Source: Camelus ferus (Eukaryota). From it: DNA of 64,000 nt. Below are positions 51,051 through 64,000 of this stretch, in pieces (position 1 is the first letter of the stretch; each line of letters opens with the position of its first letter). The stretch is taken from assembly GCF_009834535.1 (NCBI RefSeq), contig NC_045696.1, forward strand, positions 65,722,001 to 65,786,000, in the 5' to 3' direction. A program made the translations under genes and the position numbers. The notes under the pieces were generated by a model. It worked only from the letters and a program-made list of their open reading frames with translations. It did no database searches and was not told the origin of the DNA.

Positions 51051-54000
51051 TATCAGACAAAACACTTTGTGGATTGTAAACTCACAAATTGTGAACTGAT
51101 AAAATCAAACAGATTGCTTTCTAATTATCTTTAAATTGTTACTGGAATACAGTTTGGTGTATTCCACAGATATCTTTTAACCCTACATAAGAGAGCTCAA
51201 ATGTTTACATTAAGGGCATTTACCTCAAGTGGCCATGGTCCCCTTCACTGTTCCTAAATAGGTTGGTTCCTCCGACCTAAAAAATTGTTTGGTATTATCT
51301 AGCCTAGGGCGTTGGAATCATATCATTTAAGTTTAAATTCCAGATTTGCTACTAACCAGCTATGCCTCTTGCCAACTCTGTAACATCGATCAAGTTTCTT
51401 AAGATCTGTTTCATTATGGATGTATTTTATAGCACCCACTTACTAAGGTCATTTTGATGATTCAATAAAGCAATCTATGAAAGGATTTTAACAAAGAATT
51501 TGATGCAGAAAAGATGTACAGTGAACACTGGTTGCTGTGCTGTTATCCACTCCTGACCCTGATAAATGTCCTTCACATGTTGGTGTTCTCCAGCTCTAAC
51601 TATCCATGACTTGTAGTTGTTTGTAGGAATTTGGGTCTAAAAGAATTAATTGTAAGGAATGAATTGAAAGTATAAATTAGAGGTGACAATAATAAAAGTA
51701 CTATTAATGATAATTTTATCAAATATTTTCTCAAGATTAAGCTTAAATATACATGGGTCCATTCATTCATTCATTCAAAAAACCAAAAACACTTATCTAG
51801 GCAACAGTAATATTCCACATTCTACATGAATTGCATGGGCCGGAGAAAAGATTCAGAGAACAGAGGAAAAGGAGGAATATCTTTAAAATTGTTTCCTGAC
51901 CTTCGTAAGTTAATATCCAAATAACACAAATATCTTAAAATTTAGGTATACTTCTTTTTATAAAAGAGAATGTTTGATATATTAGATACAGCTGTATAAT
52001 TTAGAATATGAATGACCTTCAATTAGTAGAAAAGTTCAAAATGAATGAATAGAAAGGAATCTGAAACACTCTGGGTATATTTACTTAATTTTACCCTTTA
52101 ATATTATCTATTGCAATAAACGGAGCTATAATATTTACACCTAAATCTAAGTCTGCAGAACCATGGGTCAGACACCTCCACATTCTTTAAGAAATCCCCT
52201 CCCTGTAGTGTCATTGCCCTGAAGCAATATTTTCTTAAACTGTCACAATTTTTTTCTGAAAATTTCCATAAAACCTTGTGTTTGGGGTTAAAAAACCCTT
52301 TTCAGTCTCATTATCTTTAAAAACATGAGTCTAAAAAAGGTAGGGGAAATGTTAGATTTGTAACGAGTATTTGCCCTTTTAAATGAGCAGTTTTCCATTT
52401 CATTGAATAATAAAAGAGAGCAAAAAATATATAGGTTTATACTCTAGGTAGTAAAAAAAAAACCTCCTCTGTGGTATTTATTGTTGCTTCCACCCCACCC
52501 ACGCCCTTATAGAAGGAACTGATTTGAATTTGAGTGAGTCTGAATACAAATCAAGCAGGATGATGTATGTTTGAATTTAAAAAATCTACAGTTTAATTTA
52601 TTTGACTATAAAATATCCAAAAATTCCTAGCCTCATATATTGCTCGGCATGATATTTTAAACCACAGTGCAACATAGTATAACCCAGTAAACTGGAAGAC
52701 TCAGTGAGGAAGCCATTTTCTTCCAAGTTCTTTTTCCCCCTATTATTTCTTCTAACTTCACAGATACGGCATATTAAAAGGATATCTATTTACATTTGAC
52801 TAAACATCCCTAGAAGGCTTCTTGTTTCCTCTTTTTAGGTTATTTTCCTTCCACTCTTGAAATTCATTATTTAAAAAAATCCAATTTTATTAGAATTCAG
52901 AGATAAAATGGTTGTTTTTTTTCCTAACCAGTGAGATAATTAACGATGAAAAATATGTTGAAAATTGTTTTCTTTCAAAACTATTTACTTTACCATATTT
53001 GAGTGAGAGAAAGAAGAATTTGTGTCAATTTAGTAGTTGATAGACTAGAACTAGAGGCTGAAACTTTACATTCATGGACATAACTATGTTTTTGTATAGT
53101 TAGCTTGTCATGATTTGGGGTACAGTTAAAACAAGACTAGGTGTGGGAAGTTGTGTTGTATTCCTAGCTCTGCAGTAAATGTTTCTGTAGCCATATTAGC
53201 CTCTTTCCCCTTCTAGGCCTCTGTTTTCTTATATGAAAAATAGGGAGTGGGTCAGATGGTATCTGAATCCATTCTTATTCTTAATTCTTTGGATCTATGA
53301 ATTTAGAGGATAAATACAATGTGGAATTGCAAACAGAAAATTAAATTAAAAATTTTTTTTCTTGACAATTCAGTGGCCATAATTTTTATACTGAGTGTAC
53401 AAGATTTCAACTTAGCAGCAGGCAAGTGACTGGAACATTTAGCATACTGTTTTAGCTATCAAACTTACATGATGAGATTTTCCTGGAATAAATTCTACCT
53501 AAATAAATTTCCAAAGCACTCTATGGGATTTTAATTTGATGTCCATAAATTATTATACAGACCTAAGTGTTTAAGAGTCCAAGTTATTTTTACAAGTTGA
53601 GTTGATATTCAAAAGTATGCCCTGCTTGCAAGCCGTCAGCTCAATGGACATTGCGTGCACCTGATTGCTATTAACCCTTTTTAGTCACTGTTCAGACCAC
53701 CAAAACACTTGCATCCTAAATGTGATGCTTGACATTGTAAGCCAATTTAGAAATCTTGCTCATAGAAATGGCTACCCAGGTGAAGACATAAAGTTTAATG
53801 GACTTCTTCATAAAATCACATTCCAGGGTTGACATGTTTTTCTGGCACCCAGAGACCTATCATATAAACTGACAAGCAAGACTAACTAGGCATGAGGGAT
53901 TGTTCCAAAAAGATTTACAACCCTAAACATTCTAGCTAATTAAAGAACAAGAACAGGGTCACTTCTTGGCTGTTTCTAAAATTACAGCTTTATTGTTTGA

Positions 54001-54251
54001 AAGCTTAAGCAGGATCTGTAATTTGTGTCTGGTGCAATCATTTCAAAGTCACCTGAGGGGAACAGGAAAGACAGGACTATACCAGGTACTTTTCTGGCTT
54101 CTCAAATACGGGGCAAAATGATAACAAGGTGAAACAAACCTAGAATAGCCTAAAACTGGCCTCTTTTCCTTGGGAATTTCCAGTTCATGCTGTCCTAAGT
54201 GACCACAAAAGCAGTCTGAGAAAAGCAGCTTTGTCAAGAATTTGAGGTTTT

Positions 54252-54556
54252 CACAGACGTAAAAGATAAACTTATAGTTACCAAAGGGGAAAGTAGGGGA
54301 GAGATAAATTAGGAATTCGGGATTAACAGATACACACTACTATATATAAGACAGATAAACAACAAGGACCCATTGTATGGCACAGGGAACTATATTCAAT
54401 ACTGTGTAATGACCTATAATAGAAACGAATCTGAAAAACAATAGGGATGTACATATATTATGCATAACTGAATCACTGCTGTATACCTCAAACTATCACA
54501 ATACTGTAAATCAAATATGCTTCACTAAAAAGTCGTTTGTTTTGAAAAACAAAAAA
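54252..54556 (+). mobile_element. Artiodactyl L1 3' UTR fragment
   Basis: cttatagttaccaaaggggaaagtaggggagagataaattaggaattcgggattaacagatacacactac...cacagggaactatattcaata. Confidence 0.9.
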
Positions 54557-55339
54557 GAATACGAGTCTTGTAGAGGTTCTAGTTAATTATAAAATCAAGA
54601 TTATCACTTTAGTAGATGATAAAAGGATAAAGGGACTTATTCGAGGTCAAACACTAAGTTGAATAATCAGAATTGCAGCCATAATTTTATCTTGCCTTAA
54701 CAAGACAGCCTTAGGCCCCTGCACTGAAATCATTGATCAATACCTGCATGGGCCTGGGCAGTTGTATGCTGTCCTGTTTTCCCTTCCAGCCCCTTGTCCT
54801 GGTGCTTGCAGGTCACAGGCTGATCTCTGAGTTGCTCTTTAGATGGGACTCAGGTATCCAAATTTGGGACCTAGCACTATTTATCCATGTTCTTCCCCCA
54901 GCCTCTTCCAGGTTCACCCTTCTCCTTTAGGTCCTTACAGACACAAGAGATCTTTCAGCTTAGTTTCTGTCATCAGGAAGGGGCTCAACTCTTAACACCT
55001 CATAAAAACTATTTACTTTCACACTAAAGTAGGGAGGCCCCAGGCCTTAGAAACACAACAACACAGCTATTCCCTACAGAGAAGAGGAAAATTATTTTTT
55101 CCCTGAGCCTCTCCTCTACAAATATAAAGCTGGGCTGAGATAAAATGGTGAGAAGAAATTAGAAGAAATTAGCAGATGATAGCAAACAGGGAATGGCTTT
55201 CCAAGCACAGAGCATGGTATATGGAAAGACTCTAAGACAAGTGTTCAGAATGTGTGAGAAACAAAAAGAAATCTACAATGGCTGGAACAGAGAAAGTGAA
55301 GGAAAAGTTGGAAGAAAGTAAACAGAAGTGGTTGGATTG

Positions 55340-57330
55340 AAAAAATATATGAATATATATGAAAAAATACACACTTATGTTTCTATATGTGGATAACATC
55401 TCATTGCAATACTAGAAAACAGGAAGCATATATAATAGTTAAAGAATTATGGAAAGAAAAAACAGATGCAATTGAAATAAGACTGCAGAAAATCATAACT
55501 CAAAAAACACATAAGATACTTTTGAGGCAGTTGGGTACATTCTAGTGAATAAGATATTCAATAATCTTATAGAGTGCTCACTTCAATGTACCCTTACCAA
55601 AAATTGAAGCATTACAAAATAGTGTCCCTACTTCATACAAGCATAGTTTACTTCGCATAGTAGCAAAACTTGTTGGAAAAACTCCACTCATAAGAAAATA
55701 TACTCATAAAATAATGTATATTTATATGGTAGAATACCATATTAATATTTAAAACAACTGACCTGTACAAAATAGCTAGAAGTTAAAATGCAATATTGAA
55801 TGAAAAAGCAAGGTACAAACAATATCTGTTGTAGAATGATAGTTGTATTGCTTAAAACACAGACTGCATATTATTAAGGATACCTACCTAGGTAACAGTT
55901 ATAAAATGTGACTTGAGATATGCACCTCTCATGATAGTAGTTACCTCAGCAAATGAGGGAAGAGAACTGAGAAGGTGGTGATTAGAAGGGACTTCAAATC
56001 CACCTATAAAATACAACTGAGACAAAATATTCAGCATTTGCTGTGAATATTATTAGTTATTTCCTTTGAATGTTTATATATTTGTGTTAAAAAAGGCCTC
56101 AACAATAAGGTTGAATTTTAGAATAAAGACAGATTAAGAACAAATAAATGACCACAAGATTGCCCTTTGATGCTAAAAGCCAAAGACACAGAAGGTATGA
56201 GAGAAAAATACGAGACGAGTAGCATGGATCCTGAAATTCCAACATCAGTGAAATGGAGTTACAAAAGGAGAGTGTAAAGATAATGTAGGAGAGAAATCAT
56301 TAGTAATGAGAAAAAGGAAAAAAAAAAAGCACCAGCAAAACAGCTGATAATATAAGATGGCAAGTGCCAAGCTTAATAAATGAACATAAGAGTGAGAATG
56401 GTGAAGTTGCCGTGAAAGCTCAGGAAGTTAGAAACACAACAATAATGATGATGAGGATAACAACAGGTTACCTACAAAAGGAGCAGCTTGGCATTAGGGT
56501 TCTTACTGGCAACAATAATTGCTTAGAGAACACGGAATAGTCTTGTCAACTTTATGAGGAAATGATTTTGAAATTGAAATCATTCATAGTCAGCTAGCAT
56601 CGTAGAGGAAAGGTAAAACAAAGACATTTTCAAATAATCAAGGGTTCAGATCATTTTGAAGGACCTGATTTAAATTATATTTTAATGAAATTTAAAAAAG
56701 AATACAATAATGGGAAGATGTAGAGTACAATACACTGGTGAAGAACTCAGTAAAGCCAAGTTTATATAATTACTGATGAATAATTTTAAAAATGGTATAA
56801 ATAGAAATCTGTAATTAAATTTCTGGTTTCTGTACAGTGAGAGATACCTGAGATGGGGTGAAGGGAAGAAAGAAAGTAAAAATTGAGCTAAGGTTTCTTT
56901 AGCTCATCCAATGGATATAGATACTAAGTAAACCTAGATGGCAATAGAAAAAAAACTTAAATTCAATTATAATGACTGGAAATTACAAGATATGTCAATA
57001 TATCACAATGATATAATGTATCACCAGAGGTACAAATGTTGAAGAGACAATTCTATAAATTTCAACAAAATATATGAAAGGAGAAAAACAAAAAACACAA
57101 CCACTTTTCCAAATTTCTATTTACTTAGAGAAAAAAATGGATGAGAGAAATAGAACTGACAGATAAGGATCACAGTAAATATAAAAGCGTTGCTTCTCCC
57201 CTTCTAAAGACAGACAATTTTCAGTTGGGTAAAATCGAGCTAGCAAGTTAACAGAAAACAAACAAAAATAACCAGTTCAATGCTATTCTGAAGAGACAAT
57301 TGTAACTTTTAAAATGTTTAAAAGTGAAGT
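55340..57330 (+). mobile_element. Ancient A-rich L1ME/HAL1-like fragments
   Basis: A-rich; aatattgaatgaaaaagcaagg...gatagtagttacctc resembles an L1ME 3' end, followed by ORF1-like remnant sequence. Confidence 0.5.
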
Positions 57331-57731
57331 GAACAATTCATATGTTGAATTTCTATATTAACAAGTTCTAACAAATTACAGAAACATCAGATGAGGGAAA
57401 GAAGATATCCTCACTGTTCTCTTGGGTAATTTTTAATTTTTTCAGAATATATTACTCCTTCAAGACACTACTTGTCAGATTTTTAGAAATACATTGTTCA
57501 GGAGATTTTGAATCTAAGTATACATATGGGACTTTGTTTAGAGTGTGTGTGTATGGGGGGTTTGGTATCTAGTATCTTACAGTGAGTTGAGGAGTTTTCT
57601 ATCTACAATTTATGATTTAGAAGAGTTTACATAACAGGAAATGTTTGTTCCTCTGGGTCAAAATACACCTTTAAATATACTTTTATATTCCTTAGGTAGT
57701 ATTGAATTTTCAGTTTTATAGCCTTTTTGAG

Positions 57732-57850
57732 TATAAACTTTGCTCATTTATATTTATATATCTATATATACTTAAATATACATTATATATAGACCTAATA
57801 ACATGTATTTAAATATATAGATATATAGATATAAATGAGCAATGTTTATA
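57732..57850. repeat. AT-rich inverted repeat (hairpin)
   Basis: Arms at 57732-57783 and 57803-57850 are near reverse complements. Confidence 0.9.
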
Positions 57851-59144
57851 TATTTTAAACATCTATTTTGCTAGATTTTTAAATATATTAGAATAGAATT
57901 TAAGGGACCAATGCCTCATTTGTCCACTTGTAATTTCATAAAGAACCAGTATTGTAAAGAATAAGTAGTACCTCTCTTTTCTTTAGAGATATTAAAGGAT
58001 GATAATTTATAGCTTTTCATTTGTATTTTCACCTGCTAGGCTTGAGATTTGGAATTTTACATAAATTAATTCATGATGTCTTTATTCAGGAAGCATCTGA
58101 TCTCTGCAGCTCAATGTTTGCCTTGCAGAACTAAGGTGTTAACTTTTTTTTGCTGCTTCTCTCATAAATGAATAAATGCAAGTTGTAATTTCCTGTTTTA
58201 GTCTTCTAAGTATTCTGGAATTGCTGACGTGCAAATCCCTCAAAGAAAATAACTTTCTTTTCATTTTTATATCCTCAGAGCCTAGCATGATACTTGGCAT
58301 GTATTAGATGATCAATATATGTTTACTATTTGAACTGTAAGCTGTGTAAGATTCAGGTCTGATTCCATGTTTTTTGAATAATAGTGAATATAAGTGATAA
58401 TAATGGTATCTAACATTTATTTATACTAACATTATAAAATCAGAGAATGGAAGGATCATTGTAGAGGAGATGAGAAGCCAATTTACTGAAATTTTAATCT
58501 CTGCACTTGAAGGCTTCATATGTTGGTGCCATTATTATTATCTCCTTAAATTGTTATATCCTTGACTGTTGCCAACCTCAGTGTTTACTTAAACTTGCCA
58601 GTTTACTGAAGGATTGTGTATTGGAGCCAGTCACCTTCAGGGGAAGTCAGGAAATCAAACAATCACTTGGGAGCTATTTATAAGTTTAGGCTGAAGAATG
58701 TTTCAGAACTCAACAACACCCTGAGTGTATCACACCATGGCTTCCAGGACGTAAAAAGGCTTAGTCATCTACAGATACTTGGGTGCTGTTTAAGGGTCCT
58801 AATTTCCTGCCACGTCCTATAAATCCTTTACATTTTTCAGGAAAGGAAACAATTCTTTTGTCCTTCTTTTCAGCGCTCTTTACTAATTACAACCTTAGAA
58901 GGAATTTATCATCACTGTAGAGAGGAGATTTATAAGATGGTGGTAGGATCTTGGCCCAGGAAACTGCAACTATTGGCAGTGCTACTAACACTTGCAGGTG
59001 GAAAGGGAGCAACTTTGGTTTTAGAACCAGAACACCTGGGTTTCCAACCTTAGGTATATGCTGGGTGATCTTATATAATTTTCTTTTTTTTTTTTTTCAC
59101 TTTTCTGAACTTTAGTTGTTGTTGGTCTATATGATCTGTAAGAT

Positions 59145-59183
59145 TATGTGTGTGTGTATATATATATATATACACACACACAC

Positions 59184-59214
<31 letters not shown>

Positions 59215-59238
59215 TATACATATTGTATATATATATAT
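59145..59238. repeat. Compound (TG)(TA)(CA) microsatellite
   Basis: Read directly from the sequence. Confidence 0.95.
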
Positions 59239-61202
59239 GGACATTTTAGGCTATTGTGTTATTTTCTCTCCTAGGTCACTACTTGATTCCAAGTGACTTG
59301 ACAATCTATTTTGAAAACTTAACTCATGTCAAGTGAACAGTAAAATTGATCTCGTTACTCTTCTCTGGTTGAATAATTAATGAGAAGGAATTAGAAAACT
59401 CAGGGTGTTTGAATACTACAAGAACAAAAATCACTTACGGCACAATAGGAGAGGACCTGTGAAACTCAAGTGCTAGCTTCGATCGGCTACTGCAGATCTT
59501 GAAACCATTTAAAGACATTAGAGATAGTGCTGCTCCCTCCCATATTCCTGGATCCATGAAGAAAGCACCAGTGTAGACGACAGATTGTCGCATTCAGGGA
59601 ACATTTCTCACATCTTAGAATTTTTAATAGTTAGCTCCCCCGATGTTCAACAGGAATTACATTGTTCATAAACTGGATGTCCATAAACTGGGAAGTGCCC
59701 TCCTCCAGTTATGATAAATATTCTTTGTGTTATAGATAATTAAAGCTGTAGAAATTTAGAGGAATTATAAACCTCCAATAAACCTTATAACTCTACCAAG
59801 TCTTTATATATCTTTATATGAGATAATATAATAAAATACCTCTGAGACATATTTTCCCATTTATGAAATAAGGGGACGATCTCTAATGAAAGAATGGAGT
59901 TTTCATGACAAGCGCTGTTTCATAAATGATTTTGAGCTGGACCATCAGTGAGAAGCAGTGATGAAGGTGAAGAAGGAAAAAGAGGAAAGGAGTCTCACTG
60001 GGGGATAGGAAAGAAGCAGATTATTACAGTGGATATGAATATGGCATTTGTGGAGCAGTGGCAATACCTCCACATGGTTAATTATCAGGCTCTGTGAGTT
60101 TGGTCAACAATTAACAGTTTCCATTGAAATCTACGCTGCAAATATTTCACCCCAATCTCTTGACGATTTTATTCTTTGCGGGTCTTGGATTAAATCCTAA
60201 TTTCCAATGAAGACACATTTCATTCAGACCTTTGCTAATCCTTGAAACAGCATTTTGGTGCTTTGCAGAGATGGAGACACTGAACGGTGGTTTTGTTTTG
60301 GTTTTGTAATATGACATTTGGTCACTTCACCAGTCCTCACATCTGCTTCCAGTTTGAGATGAAACCACTTAAACCTCATGCATCCACTGAAAGCTGTGGT
60401 TTTGTCACAAAATTTTGTCACAAAAATTGCATAAACATATAAACACAGGAAAAACTTGCTGGCTTTGTTCTAAAGTTCTGGTTTATTCCTCTGAGTTCAA
60501 ATGAAACAAATTCAGTAAAAACTGAACATCAACAAAATTATGCTAACCAAACCAGCCAGCAACGTTGCATACTATCCTTGAAAATCAGTATAGATGTCTA
60601 GCATTCAATTTAATCGTTTACCTATTCAATGTTGGCCGAATAGTATATGGGATCAACTTCTATCTTAGACAACTATATTTTACATTTTATTCCTGATTTG
60701 GGAAGAGAGGATAGCTACTTTTATTTGTTTTTGATATGCGGCTGTTCATAGTGAAATTTTAGTTATAGTTGGCCTGTTTTCCGTCTTAGGGTAGAATCAT
60801 CACACTTTTAGACATGGAACAAATCTTAGCGTCATCAAATATGTCCACTTCCCACTTGCCACTATACAGATGTGGAACTGGATTCAAAGAGAAACTAACC
60901 CCCAGGTGATATTGGCCAGGCTCTGGTTTTACTCCTATCACATAACTGTTCATCAGTTTCTTTTGTTAAAGGGCAATAGTGATGAGGTCAGTGTTTCCAT
61001 TCGGATTACTAGAAAGGAAGGCTAATTTTACACTCTAATGGGAAGATATTGTAATCACAATTCAGGTTTAGGCTGTCACTCATTTCATGGGAGATCAAAG
61101 TGTGACCAAATAAGGTCAGACTTATTCGTTATGCACTTAGACTTCGTGCATGTGCTCACTGTACACAAATACACACACGGACAGAACCTCCAAAAGTGCA
61201 CA

Positions 61203-61473
61203 ATCATGGTTACCAGTGGAAAGGGGGTGGGAAGGGATAAATTTGGGAGTTTGAGGTTTGCAAATGATAACCACTATATATAAAAATAGATAAAAATAAA
61301 TTTCTTCTGTATAGCACAGGAAACTATATTCAATATCTTGTAATAACCTATAATGAAAAAGAATATGAATGTGAATATATGTATGTGTGTGCATGACTGG
61401 GACATTATGCTGTACACAGAAATTGACACTGTACAATTGTAACTGATTGTACTTCAATTAAAAAAAAAAAAAA
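61203..61473 (+). mobile_element. Young camelid-type L1 3' UTR fragment with poly-A
   Basis: atggttaccagtggaaagggggtgggaagggataaatttgggagtttgag...gcacaggaaactatattcaatatcttgtaataacctataatg...acttcaattaaaaaaaa. Confidence 0.9.
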
Positions 61474-62299
61474 CTTCTAATGAATCCTCAGTAGCTACAA
61501 GAAAAAAAGTCCAAATCCCTGAAATTGGCTTTCAAAGTCAATCAGAACTAGCTTCAGATTCAAAGTCTAGCCTTATTTCCCACTATGTCCCCTCCAGCAC
61601 CCACGCTCAAGCTAGTCAGAAACAGCACCGTATTCTCAACATGTCATGTTCTTTACGCTCCTTAGACATTAAGCTTCCCCTTCTATTTAGCACACCCAGT
61701 TCCTCCTACTCTACCTGGGAAATTACCACTCAGCTTTCAGGCTAGAATTTATGCCTTCAGTTAAGCTTTTCCTTTATTCCTCTTTTTTGCTCACAGCAGA
61801 ATCATCAGAATTCTTCAATTTCTTCCCAGTGTCTACAGAACATTTTGTGCATACCTGTGGCATAGTATTTATTACTTCTGGTCAAAGTTATTTATTTATA
61901 TGTCTATCTACCTGGTTTGAAAGTCAAATTCTTGGGGCAATGCATCCAGGTGACGCTTCTTCTGAGAGCAGACTACAACCCAACCTCTCCTCAGTTTTTG
62001 CCTTCGTCTTTTTTGCTCTTTACTATGCCATCAGACTGCTAATTTTTCCTCCTGCCTTCAATCTCTACCTACTTCTATTCCCCTGCCATGCTCCTTTCTG
62101 ATGACCTGTTTCAAAGTATTGATCATGCCACTTTCCTTCTTAAAATTTTCAGAGCACTTCACCTACTGTAAGATTGTTTGTGATCCTTATTCCTTATACT
62201 GACAACTCATCAACTAACCCTAATTTCTTTACCTCCTCATAAGTGATCTTGTCTTTCATCCTACTTTGACTATTCACTTTGATGGAAACAACTAGATTG

Positions 62300-64000
62300 T
62301 ATTAAATACAAGTAATTGTAATCTTCACACCCCCAGGCTCTAAATCCATCTCTATTGCATCTAAACTCCAATACTCCAGGAACTATGCTTTTTAGACCTT
62401 ATCTTTCTGCTGTACTTGTATCCCCATGTCCGCGTATAGCTTAGGATCCATCCATGCATCATACTGCCCCTCACATCATCCTAATTTTACAAAATTAAAG
62501 TTGATTGAATTCAACACTGACCCTGCAATCATAATAGAGCAAAACATACATGCTTTACTTAATATCACTTTTAAATGCATGTCCGCTAATCTCAAACAGG
62601 CATTGTATCCTGACCTCTAGTCCATTTAGGGAAATGTACTTTTCCCCTCCTACTTCTTTAGGGGATTCCTTTAACTCTTCTCTCTCCTCTAACCCCTATA
62701 ACCACCTCCTTCCTGGCCTCACTCTCAGCTGATGGAACTGCCTTCTATTTCATTGAGCAGAACAAAGCAATTAGAAAAGGAAATTTCTTCAAACTTTTGC
62801 CACCCCATCTACTTACCTGTAAACATTAGTACCAATACACTCTGCCAGACATGAGTATGGATAAGCGATCGGCGCCCTAGAAAATAGCCCTCCTGACTTC
62901 TCAGATATATCACGTCTGTGCTTCTCCTTCTCTGTCTCATTAATTCCTCTCTTGCTCAGCTGGCCCACTCCAGCAGCATTCAGTTAAACGAACCTCTCTC
63001 CCATCTCAGGCAAACATTATTTTGACTGTATCTCTTCCACCAGCTACTGTCCCATTTCGTCGCCACCAAAATTTTGCAACAGAACTTCTCAGAGGAGTTA
63101 ACTTTCATGAATTCTTCTCTGTCTTTTCTCTCTTAATCCTACTCTGGTAAGGTTTTAATTATTACCAGTCCACCCTTAGTGCTCTTGTCAAGGTCACTGA
63201 TTGCTTCCCCAATACCAGATCCAGTGGTCACTTTTCAGTTCTCAAAATACTGTAAAGTATTTGTCACTGTTGATCACTCTCTTTTTGCTTCATTAAGTTA
63301 TTGGAACACAGATTCCTTTAGACTGTCCTATTAGCTGTTTCCCCATTAGCACTTCTCTCTTTTGCTGGTTCTCTCTCCTCTCCCTGGCCTCTAAATCTGT
63401 AGTACTTCAGGACTCACTCTTAAGCCTTCTTTTTTTTGATATAGATTTACCTCATAGTTCATGTAATCCAGTCACAATGTGTTAAATAGCATAAATCTCT
63501 TGATGACTCTTAAATTTTTATTTCTAGCCCAGTCATTTTCCCTGAACTCTAAAACCATACATTCAGCTGCCTATCAAAATCTCCACTTAGTTGCAAACAG
63601 GCTTCTTAGACTATGTCTACAACTGACTTGTAGGTTGCCTAACAAGTCCCTGTTCTTCTGGAGTTTTCCTCATCTTAATGAATACCAACTCTATTCTTCC
63701 AGTTGCTTGGGCTAAAAAAGCTTGGCATTTGTCTGACTCCTCTCTTATCAATATTTGCCCCATTATCAAGTTTTGTCAGTTCAAAGTGTTTCCATGATTT
63801 GACCATTCTTATCACTTCCTCCATGAAGACCCAGCTCCAGGCCACTGTCATCTCTCACCTGGATAACTTCATAGCCTACTGCTCAGTTCCATCCTCTTTG
63901 GCTCTTTTCAACATGGCAGTCATAGTGTCCCTTGACAGTGGAAAGTCAGAGCATTCTACCATGCTGTTCATTGTCCTCCAGTGGCCTCCCAACTTGACGC
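62300..64000 (+). mobile_element. Long L2 fragment, runs off the window end
   Basis: CT-rich; ctcactctcagctgatg..., gctcttgtcaaggtcactg, atttgtcactgttgatcactctc, aaagcttggcatttgtctgactcctctct, ccactgtcatctctcacctgga are L2-type motifs; left boundary approximate. Confidence 0.8.

Overview
This is AT-rich, CpG-depleted mammalian genomic DNA, most likely camelid (camel, alpaca or vicuna). The assignment rests on six copies of a tRNA-derived SINE resembling Vic-1 and on artiodactyl-type L1 3' ends. I found no recognisable protein-coding gene, functional RNA gene or CpG island, so the window looks like gene desert or the interior of a very long intron. Much of it is transposable-element debris of different ages: young 5'-truncated L1s with target-site duplications (TSDs), long ancient L1M fragments, L2, MIR, CR1/L3, MaLR/ERVL LTRs, hAT-Charlie and Tigger DNA elements, and microsatellites. 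The only ORFs with recognisable homology are L1 ORF2 remnants. The most notable structures not explained by repeat families are a ~120-bp AT-rich near-perfect hairpin (57732-57850), a local inverted duplication with a fold-back junction (5895-7017), a diverged ~155-bp direct duplication (18021/19211) with a 17-bp inverted repeat between the copies, and several nested insertions that give a relative chronology. I see no convincing evidence of a novel biological system. Repeat family names come from recalled consensus sequences and need RepeatMasker/Dfam confirmation; boundaries of old elements are approximate.
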